Origin: Acidobacteriota bacterium
Lineage (GTDB): Bacteria; Acidobacteriota; Vicinamibacteria; Vicinamibacterales; JAHECP01
Direction: 5' to 3'
NCBI GenBank assembly: GCA_024641665.1
Contig: JAHECP010000003.1
Location: 37,228 to 46,766, forward strand
Length of the DNA: 9,539 bases
Below are positions 1 to 5,547 of the stretch, piece by piece. The position numbers were made by a program, and so were the translations under genes. Each line of letters opens with the position of its first letter. Positions within the stretch are counted from its first letter, which is position 1. The notes beneath the pieces are model-generated. The model did not search any database. It saw only the letters and a list, made by a program, of their open reading frames with translations, and was not told the origin of the DNA.

Positions 1-13
1 GAACGGACAAGCG

Positions 14-787
14 TCACGCGTACACGAGCGCAGGAATGCCGAGGTCGCGCACGCGGCGAGCGATCGTCTCGAGCCGATCGGCCGAGACGGCGCGCAGGAA
101 GGGAAACGCCGGCTGCTGGTCGATGGTGTAGATGTGCACTTCGCGGGGCTTGACGGCCTTCACGGCCGCGAGCCAGTGGGAGACGGCCTCCTGCCCGGTG
201 TTGTCGAGCCGGCCGCTGCGGTCGGTGACGAACATCGCCTGGATGCGCACGTCGTGCAGCTTCTTGAGACCCGACACGATCTTCTCGACGGGCACGGTCG
301 CGCCGTTGATGCGCTGCAGGGTCTCGTCGTCGCCGGCGTCCAGCTTCATGTGCCGTTCGTCGAGCTCGGCGAGCGCCTTGCGGATCGCCAGCCGGTCGAG
401 CGTCGTCGAGTTCGAGAGGATCACGAGCGGCAGCGACGGCGCCACCCGGTCGCGAACGGTGCGCAGGTCCCGCACGATGGCCGGGAACTCGGGGTGCAGC
501 GTCGGCTCGCCATGGCCGGCGATGGTCAGCCGCGCGATCGCCTCGCCGGCCGCGCCGCGCGCGGTGAGCTCTCGCTCGACGGTGCGGGCGATCTGCTCGC
601 GCTTCGGCCAGGCCGACGAGACCGGCAGCTTGCCGTCGGCCTCGAGCCGCGTCCAGCCGTACTGGCAGTAGGTGCAGTTGAAGGTGCAGACCTTCCGGTC
701 CGGGGGCTGTAGGTTCACGCCGAGCGACGGGCCGAACCGCCGGGACGCCACGGGGCCGTAGACGACGTTCCAGTGCAGTTCCACCAT
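14..787 (-). CDS. Radical SAM protein (COG0731/TYW1-like core fold; specific function unknown), 257 aa
   Basis: The canonical radical SAM cluster motif C-x3-C-x2-C (CTFNCTYCQYG) lies near the N-terminus. It is preceded by YGPVASRRFGPSLGVNL, which I recall as typical of this uncharacterised radical SAM subfamily. A GHGEPTL SAM-binding-like motif follows downstream. I chose the ATG at 787 because the SD-like AGAGG sits 5 nt upstream on the minus strand. The track ORF extends to a GTG at 838, but that start has no SD. Stop is TGA at 14-16. Confidence 0.8.
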   Translation of the reverse strand: MVELHWNVVYGPVASRRFGPSLGVNLQPPDRKVCTFNCTYCQYGWTRLEADGKLPVSSAWPKREQIARTVERELTARGAAGEAIARLTIAGHGEPTLHPEFPAIVRDLRTVRDRVAPSLPLVILSNSTTLDRLAIRKALAELDERHMKLDAGDDETLQRINGATVPVEKIVSGLKKLHDVRIQAMFVTDRSGRLDNTGQEAVSHWLAAVKAVKPREVHIYTIDQQPAFPFLRAVSADRLETIARRVRDLGIPALVYA

Positions 788-822
788 GACAGCCTCTGGG
801 AACGGGACCAAGGTGAGCCGGG

Positions 823-839
823 TGTGCGCCGCGCACACG
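823..839. promoter_or_regulatory. Perfect 17-bp palindrome GTGTGCGC-C-GCGCACAC, a candidate operator or small hairpin upstream of the radical SAM gene
   Basis: Read directly from the sequence: 823-830 is the exact reverse complement of 832-839. It lies 36-52 nt upstream of the preferred radical SAM start and about 70 nt downstream of the Crp-family gene stop. The half-sites TGTGC/GCACA resemble CRP-type TGTGA/TCACA but have N5 rather than N6 spacing. Confidence 0.3.
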
Positions 840-906
840 AAGACCGTTCGCGCGCCGATTCGGAAAGCAAGATGGGTTCCAGGCGGCGCCCGGACCGGCC
901 GGCCCG

Positions 907-1608
907 CTAGGCGAGGGCGAGGTCCTCGAGCGCCTTGCGGTCCACGATGACGAACCCGTCTTTTTCGGTCCGAACCACGTCCTGCTTGCCCCAGCGGCTC
1001 ATGATCCGGATGGTGGTCTCGATGGTCGTGCCGGTGAGGTTGGCCAGCTCCTGCCGGGAAAGCGGCAGCGGGATGAAGAGGCCGTCGGCGCGCGCCTGGC
1101 CGTTCTCGTCGGCCAGCTTCAGGAAGAGGCGCGCGACCCGCGGCTCCACCCGGCCGCCGGTCAGCTCAGCCATCCGGTTGGTGAGCTCGATCAGCCGGTG
1201 CGTCAGGCCGAGCAGCAGACCGCGCACGAGCGAGGGGTGCTGCTCGAGCAGCGCGAAGAAGTCCTGCCGCGGGACGAGCACGCAGACCGTGTCCTCCATG
1301 GCGACGGCCGACGCGGGGAAGCGGCGGCCCTCGTAGACGGCCACCGCGCCGAACGGGTCGCCCACTCCGAACACTTCGAGGATGACGTCCTTGCCGGCGG
1401 GCGTGGACTTGCAGATCTTCACGCGGCCGCTGGCGATCGTGTAGAAGAAGTCCGACGGCGCGCCCTCGTCGAAGATGACGTCGTAGCGGGCGTACACCTT
1501 CACCCGCGCCACCGCCGCGAGCCGCCGGCGATCATCCGGGCTCAGCTTGCGGAAGATCGGTGTCGTGCGAAGCAGGTCCTCGGCGGATGCGGCCATGGCC
1601 GGGATCAT
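907..1608 (-). CDS. Crp/Fnr-family transcriptional regulator (cNMP-binding-like effector domain plus C-terminal HTH), about 233 aa
   Basis: The N-terminal beta-roll has the typical layout (IFRKLSPDDRRRL..., FFYTIASGRVKI, GDPFGAVAV). The C-terminal HTH is SRQELANLTGTTIETTIRIMSRW. There is no FNR-type N-terminal Cys cluster. The start is uncertain. The ATG at 1608 gives a family-typical length, but its GGAG is only 1 nt upstream. Alternative starts are the ATG at 1596 and the GTG at 1638. Stop is TAG at 907-909. Confidence 0.85.
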   Translation of the reverse strand: MIPAMAASAEDLLRTTPIFRKLSPDDRRRLAAVARVKVYARYDVIFDEGAPSDFFYTIASGRVKICKSTPAGKDVILEVFGVGDPFGAVAVYEGRRFPASAVAMEDTVCVLVPRQDFFALLEQHPSLVRGLLLGLTHRLIELTNRMAELTGGRVEPRVARLFLKLADENGQARADGLFIPLPLSRQELANLTGTTIETTIRIMSRWGKQDVVRTEKDGFVIVDRKALEDLALA

Positions 1609-1668
1609 ACTCCGGGCCGCCGCCGGACACTCCCGCACGGCCTGATCGGCGTCATGCCGCCGAACGCA

Positions 1669-1678
1669 CCCCCCCCCC
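1669..1678. repeat. C10 homopolymer (G10 on the minus strand) in the leader/promoter region of the Crp-family gene
   Basis: Counted directly: ca-CCCCCCCCCC-ga. On the minus strand it lies 31-70 nt upstream of the candidate regulator starts. Confidence 0.9.
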
Positions 1679-1900
1679 GACGATCATCGAACCGTGTCGG
1701 GCACGGAGGCCCCGCAAGCACTCCCGGTCGGCCGCCCGTGCGCCGAGGAACCTGATCGACCGCTTCGCCGAGGTGCCAGGCGCCCGCGCCGCGCGCACCA
1801 GCGGTCCAGCCGGGTCTTCCCTCGCGCGCGGTTGGGAGACCCGCACGCGGCCCAGCTTTTGGGGGCCGCCGGTGCCAGGGGCGCGATCGTCCGCGCTGGC

Positions 1901-1913
1901 GAAATCCCGGCGG
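1901..1913 (+). promoter_or_regulatory. Conserved far-upstream box GAAATCCCGGCGG (candidate activator/UAS site) for module 1
   Basis: It matches GGAATTCCGGCGG at 5548-5560 in 11 of 13 positions. The two boxes lie 127 and 130 nt upstream of their respective -24 GG dinucleotides. Confidence 0.3.
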
Positions 1914-1963
1914 GCGTTTGAGGCGGCGCCCAAACCGCATGCCGGGTTTCCGTCAGGGGTGTT

Positions 1964-1977
1964 GGATTTCTGAACGA
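1964..1977 (+). promoter_or_regulatory. Distal AT-rich box GGATTTCTGAACGA upstream of the module 1 promoter
   Basis: It resembles CGATTTTTCAACGG at 5611-5624 and the promoter-proximal boxes GGATTTTTCAGCGG (2016-2029) and GAATTTCTCAGCGG (5666-5679). The distal boxes sit 64 and 67 nt upstream of the -24 GG. They are conspicuously AT-rich in a GC-rich background. Confidence 0.35.
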
Positions 1978-2026
1978 AAATGGCCGGAAAAAGCAGATCT
2001 GTCGTGGTGCCTGGTGGATTTTTCAG

Positions 2027-2042
2027 CGGTACGGGCTTTGCT
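2027..2042 (+). promoter_or_regulatory. Candidate sigma-54 (RpoN) -24/-12 promoter of module 1: CGGTACG-GGCT-TTGCT
   Basis: GG at 2028-2029 and GC at 2040-2041 are separated by exactly 10 nt. About 10 of 12 informative positions match TGGCACG-N4-TTGCW. The same element with the same spacing is retained upstream of the paralogous module at 5677-5692, while the flanking sequence has diverged. Confidence 0.6.
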
Positions 2043-2163
2043 CGTGGTGGGCATAGCCCATACGGGAGGTGGGCACGGGTGGAGCCCTGCACTCGGGCTC
2101 CGGCGGTTCACGTAGTCATAGTCCACGTCGCGGCCGCGTCCCGAGGCCGGAGAGGAGATCTAC

Positions 2164-3147
2164 ATGGGTCGCTGGAAGCGAACCCTTGGCCCTGCGGTTC
2201 CCATCGCCGGTGCGTTGGCGTTGTGGATCGTGGCGGTGGCGACGGTGCCGGCGGAAACGACGCCGGCGGCCGCCACGGTGACGAGCGGCGCGCAGGCGTC
2301 GGCCCAGGCCAGTGGGTACGTGGGGGAGGAGACCTGTCTCACCTGCCACGACGACAAGAAAGCCATCCACGGCACCCCGCACGGGATGACGGGCGACGCG
2401 AAGACGCCCGCCGCCACGCACGGGTGTGAGTCGTGCCACGGTCCCGGCCAGGCGCACGTCGACGGCGGCGGGGACAAGACGAAGATCCGGACGTTCGGCA
2501 CGCTGACGGCGAGCGAGGCGAGTGCCGTCTGCACGACGTGCCACAACCGGGGCGAGCACCTGATGTGGGACAGCAGCGCGCACGAGAGCCGCGGCGTGGG
2601 CTGCACGACCTGCCACAGCGTGCACAGCTTCAAGTCGCAGCAGGCGCAGCTCAAGAAGGCCACGATCAGCGAGACGTGCGCCACCTGCCACCGCGACAAG
2701 GTGATGAAGACGAAGCGGTCGGCGCACATGCCGGTCTCGAACGATCCGAACCGTCCGGCGAACCACATGGAGTGCACGACCTGCCACAACCCGCATGGCA
2801 GCACGAACGAGAAGATGCTGCGGACGGGGACGTCGGTGAACGACCTCTGCACGAGCTGCCACACGGAGAAGCGCGGGCCGTATCTGTGGGAGCACGCGGC
2901 GGTGGTGGACAGCTGCACCAACTGCCACGACCCGCACGGCTCGTCGTTCGACCGGATGCTCGTGACCAAGGCGCCGATGCTCTGCCAGCGTTGCCACGTG
3001 ACGACGCGGCACCCACCGACGGTGTACGACAACTACGCACGGGAGAACACGACGAGCGCCAACCGCATCGTCGGGCGGTCGTGCGTGGTGTGCCACCAGA
3101 ACATCCACGGGTCCAACGCGGCGTCGGGCGAGTTCTTCCTGCGGTAA
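2164..3147 (+). CDS. Periplasmic decaheme c-type cytochrome, MtrA/DmsE/PioA/MtoA family (copy 1), 327 aa
   Basis: It has ten CXXCH motifs: CLTCH, CESCH, CTTCH, CTTCH, CATCH, CTTCH, CTSCH, CTNCH, CQRCH, CVVCH. It has an N-terminal signal peptide (MGRWKRTLGPAVPIAGALALWIVAVATVPA). The SD AGGAG lies 6 nt upstream of the ATG. The C-terminal half is CTSCHTEKRGPYLWEHA...CTNCHDPHGS..DRML....P.LCQRCH...GRSC.VCHQNIHGSN..SG.FFLR. This closely matches my recollection of Shewanella MtrA (CYSCHAEKRGPKLWEHAPV..., ...[24 protein letters not shown]). Stop is TAA at 3145-3147. Confidence 0.95.
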   Translation: MGRWKRTLGPAVPIAGALALWIVAVATVPAETTPAAATVTSGAQASAQASGYVGEETCLTCHDDKKAIHGTPHGMTGDAKTPAATHGCESCHGPGQAHVDGGGDKTKIRTFGTLTASEASAVCTTCHNRGEHLMWDSSAHESRGVGCTTCHSVHSFKSQQAQLKKATISETCATCHRDKVMKTKRSAHMPVSNDPNRPANHMECTTCHNPHGSTNEKMLRTGTSVNDLCTSCHTEKRGPYLWEHAAVVDSCTNCHDPHGSSFDRMLVTKAPMLCQRCHVTTRHPPTVYDNYARENTTSANRIVGRSCVVCHQNIHGSNAASGEFFLR

Positions 3148-3164
3148 CCGAGGAGGCCAAGAAG

Positions 3165-5351
3165 ATGCGAACGAAATTGCTTGCAGTTGCAGCCGCACTT
3201 CTGCTCGCCTCGGCTGGGACGACCTTTGCCCAGGACCAGGCGGCGGACACGGCATTCAACCAGAACATCTGGGCGAACATCGGGTTCAGCACGTCCAGCG
3301 TGACGGGCGACCGGGCTCGCTTCGACCGGTTCAGCGACCTGCGGAAGAACGGGCTGGCGCTGGACCTGTTCGGCGAGAAGGTCACGCCGGACCTCAGGGT
3401 CCGGTTCGGCGGGCAGCACGTGGGCTACGACGACCAGATGCTCGTCGCCGCGATCAACGCCGGCGGCAAGGTGAAGGCGTCGGTGAGCTTCGACGGCCAG
3501 CCGCTCAACTACGGCTTCAAGGACGACGGCTACGTCCGGACGCCGTACGACGCCGACTACAAGCTGGACTACGCGACGCGGGCGGCGGTGCAGGCCGGGA
3601 CGGCGGTGGCCGTGCCCGGCAACCCCAGCCAGCGGACGTCCTTCCTGGGCTTCTACCACCCGATCGACCTGAAGTCGCTCCGGAACACGGTCGACGGCAA
3701 GTTCCTCTTCTCGCCGACCGAGCAGGTGGACCTGTCGTTCCACGTGAAGACGTTCACCCGGCAGGGCACGCAGCCGTGGGGCGCGTCGTACGGCTTCAGC
3801 CAGGCGGTGGAGATCGCGGCGCCGGTGGACAACCGGACGTCGGACGTGGAAGGCAAGCTCGAGTGGGGCAACCAGCGCGGCGCGGTGAACGTCGGCTTCG
3901 CGCACTCGCAGTTCGACAACCACATCCAGGAGCTGGTGTGGGACAGCCCCTACCGGGTGACCGACACGACGGCCTCGAACGCCTACACGACGGGCAACGG
4001 CACGTCGCAGGGCCGGCTGTCGCTGCCGCCGAGCAACACCGAGGACACGTTCAGCGGCACGGCGGTGGGCCGGATGGCCCGCCGGACCACAGTGGCCGCG
4101 AACTTCGCGGTGTCGACGCTGAAGCAGAACGGCACGATCATTCCCTTCACGATCAACACGGCGATTCCGACCATCCCGCTCGAGCGCGACACGGCCGAGG
4201 CGAAGGTGGACGTGGCCACGTTCGGCCTCAACTTCACGTCCCGGCCCGCGCCGAAGCTCTGGCTGAAGGGGCGCTATCGCTACTTCAATCACGACAACAA
4301 GACGCCGACGTTCAACGGCGAGGAATACGTGCGGCTCGACCAGGTGCTGGAAGAGACCGGCGGTGAGACCGACCAGCTCAACATCACCCAGAACCAGCTC
4401 ACCCTGGGGATGGCGTACAACGCGCTGCCGCACGCCTCGTTCAAGGTGGACTACGGCCGGAACGCGATCGACCGCACGCACCGTGAGTTCGCCACGACGA
4501 CCGAGAACTCGATCAAGTTCTCGGTGGACTCGGTCGGCTCGCCGCTCCTGACGCTGCGCTCGTCCTACGAGTATGCCAAGCGGACGGGCAGCGGGTTCGA
4601 CGAGGCGATCCTGACCGACGCCGGCCAGCAGCCGGACATGCGGCACTACGACGTGGCCAACCGCAACCGGAACCGCGGCACGGTGCTGTTCACGGTGACG
4701 CCGAACGAGAAGACCGACGTCACGTTCTCGGTGGCGGCCGGCAAGGACACGTACCCGGGCCAGGAGTTCGGCCTGCTGAACAACAACAACCAGGCCTACA
4801 CGGTCGGGTTCGACGTCTTCCCGAACGACATGGTGACGTTCAGCGTCCTGTACGGCTACGAGAAGTACACCAACATGATGAAGTCGCGTAACGCCAGTCC
4901 GGGGGCCACGTTTGTCGACCCGGCCTACGACTGGTACGACAACGCGGACGAGAAGGTGAACAGCTTCTCGGCCAGTCTGGACCTCATCAAGGCGATCCAG
5001 AAGACCGACATCCGGTTCGGCTACGACTACAGCAAGTCGGACGCGAACTTCATCTACAGCGGTCCGAACATCGACCGCCTGACGGCGCTCGGTCAGTTCG
5101 ACCAGCTGCCGACCAATCTGAACCGGTTCAACCGTGCCACCGTGGACGTGCGGTACTACTTCACCTCCCGGACCGCGTTGAGCCTGGCCTATTGGTTCGA
5201 CAAGTACGATGTGGACGACTTCGCGACGCCCGAGCCCGCGCCTGGCGGGAGCCAGCCCCGGGTCGACCCGCAGGGCGCCCTGCTGCTCGGCTACTTCGTA
5301 CGGCCCTACACGGCGCACACCGGCTTCTTCCGGGTGCTCATGTTCTTCTAG
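3165..5351 (+). CDS. Decaheme-associated outer-membrane beta-barrel, MtrB/PioB family (copy 1), 728 aa
   Basis: It starts 17 nt after the cytochrome stop, with the SD AGGAGG 8 nt upstream of the ATG at 3165. The signal peptide is MRTKLLAVAAALLLASAGTTFA-QD. The composition is rich in Y/G/D/N/T with alternating amphipathic strands. It ends in an aromatic beta-signal (GFFRVLMFF). It has no cysteine. Motifs such as GRYRYFNHDNKTPTF and LAYWFDKYDVDDFA resemble my recollection of MtrB (SYDYYDRDNNTQ, FDYKIENYKDNDAA). The track ORF 2433-5351 is only an upstream open extension of this frame. Confidence 0.92.
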   Translation: MRTKLLAVAAALLLASAGTTFAQDQAADTAFNQNIWANIGFSTSSVTGDRARFDRFSDLRKNGLALDLFGEKVTPDLRVRFGGQHVGYDDQMLVAAINAGGKVKASVSFDGQPLNYGFKDDGYVRTPYDADYKLDYATRAAVQAGTAVAVPGNPSQRTSFLGFYHPIDLKSLRNTVDGKFLFSPTEQVDLSFHVKTFTRQGTQPWGASYGFSQAVEIAAPVDNRTSDVEGKLEWGNQRGAVNVGFAHSQFDNHIQELVWDSPYRVTDTTASNAYTTGNGTSQGRLSLPPSNTEDTFSGTAVGRMARRTTVAANFAVSTLKQNGTIIPFTINTAIPTIPLERDTAEAKVDVATFGLNFTSRPAPKLWLKGRYRYFNHDNKTPTFNGEEYVRLDQVLEETGGETDQLNITQNQLTLGMAYNALPHASFKVDYGRNAIDRTHREFATTTENSIKFSVDSVGSPLLTLRSSYEYAKRTGSGFDEAILTDAGQQPDMRHYDVANRNRNRGTVLFTVTPNEKTDVTFSVAAGKDTYPGQEFGLLNNNNQAYTVGFDVFPNDMVTFSVLYGYEKYTNMMKSRNASPGATFVDPAYDWYDNADEKVNSFSASLDLIKAIQKTDIRFGYDYSKSDANFIYSGPNIDRLTALGQFDQLPTNLNRFNRATVDVRYYFTSRTALSLAYWFDKYDVDDFATPEPAPGGSQPRVDPQGALLLGYFVRPYTAHTGFFRVLMFF

Positions 5352-5366
5352 GCGCGAGACGCGACC

Positions 5367-5409
5367 GCCCCGGCCGGGGCCGGGCGTCCGGGATCCTCCC
5401 CCCCGGACG
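5367..5409 (+). terminator. Weak GC-rich hairpins after porin 1 with no T-tract (possibly a decayed terminator)
   Basis: GCCCCGGCCGGGGC (5367-5380) is a 14-nt perfect palindrome, giving a 5-bp stem with a GGCC loop. CGTCCGGG (5385-5392) pairs with CCCGGACG (5402-5409) across a 9-nt loop. Neither hairpin is followed by a U-run. The CCCCGGCC core resembles the left arm of the strong terminator at 9044-9056. Confidence 0.25.
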
Positions 5410-5547
5410 TCCGGTCTCCTGCCGGGTTCACCAGCCGTCATCGACGCACCTCGGTCGGGCCCCTCCGTTTCGGCCCGGTTTTCGGCCCGTGCCTCACGAC
5501 TGCCGGACCTCCGGCGAGGCGGGTTCGGGTGTCGTCCCGCCCTCTAC

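Larger units (their letters stand above)
1901..5351 (+). repeat. Tandem duplication unit 1 (regulatory leader + decaheme cytochrome + porin)
   Basis: The unit is collinear with 5548-9016. Conserved landmarks sit at a near-constant offset. The upstream box offset is 3647 (1901 vs 5548). The AT-rich box offset is 3647 (1964 vs 5611). The sigma-54 GG offset is 3650 (2028 vs 5678). The cytochrome ATG offset is 3640 (2164 vs 5804). Confidence 0.85.

Noticed and set aside
14-838. The full-length track ORF (274 aa, GTG start at 838) for the radical SAM gene.
   Set aside because: The extra 17 residues (MCAAHTRLTLVPFPEAV) have no SD and run across the 17-bp palindrome. The ATG at 787 has AGAGG at an ideal distance. 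I keep it as an alternative only.
1916-1935. Inverted repeat GTTTG-N10-CAAAC about 100 nt upstream of the module 1 -24 element.
   Set aside because: The arms are only 5 bp, and alternative pairings exist in the same GC-rich stretch. There is no equivalent in the module 2 leader, so I do not treat it as a supported site.
1981-1995. TGGCCGGAAAAAGCA, which superficially resembles a second sigma-54 element upstream of the module 1 promoter.
   Set aside because: The GG and GC are separated by 9 nt rather than 10, there is no TTGC, and the module 2 leader has no counterpart.
2063-2081. The conserved CGGGAGG in both leaders looked like an SD for a short upstream ORF (GTG at 2079).
   Set aside because: The frame from 2079 gives a long non-protein-like translation overlapping the cytochrome gene. 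The module 2 leader has no start codon at a suitable distance after its CGGGAGG. The heptamer is more likely part of the conserved early transcribed region.
1652-2092. Several 65-185 aa ORFs on both strands within the regulator/module 1 intergenic region (for example 1652-2092 minus, 1560-1973 plus, 1980-2429 plus).
   Set aside because: I see no SD sequences and no recognisable domains. The composition is extreme in Arg/Pro/Gly, and the ORFs overlap one another mutually. This is consistent with open frames arising by chance in GC-rich non-coding DNA.
2433-3164. N-terminal extensions of plus-strand track ORFs (2433-3164, 5192-5803, 7099-9084) that would make the porin 1, cytochrome 2 and cytochrome c genes much longer.
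   Set aside because: The extensions are R/P/G-rich low-complexity translations that overlap other well-supported genes out of frame. Each real gene has an internal start with an SD sequence and/or a signal peptide.
5467-5489. Short tandem direct repeat GTTTCGGCCCG / GTTTTCGGCCCG in the inter-module spacer.
   Set aside because: It has only two copies of 11-12 nt, no further repeats or spacers (so it is not a CRISPR or iteron array), and no counterpart upstream of module 1.
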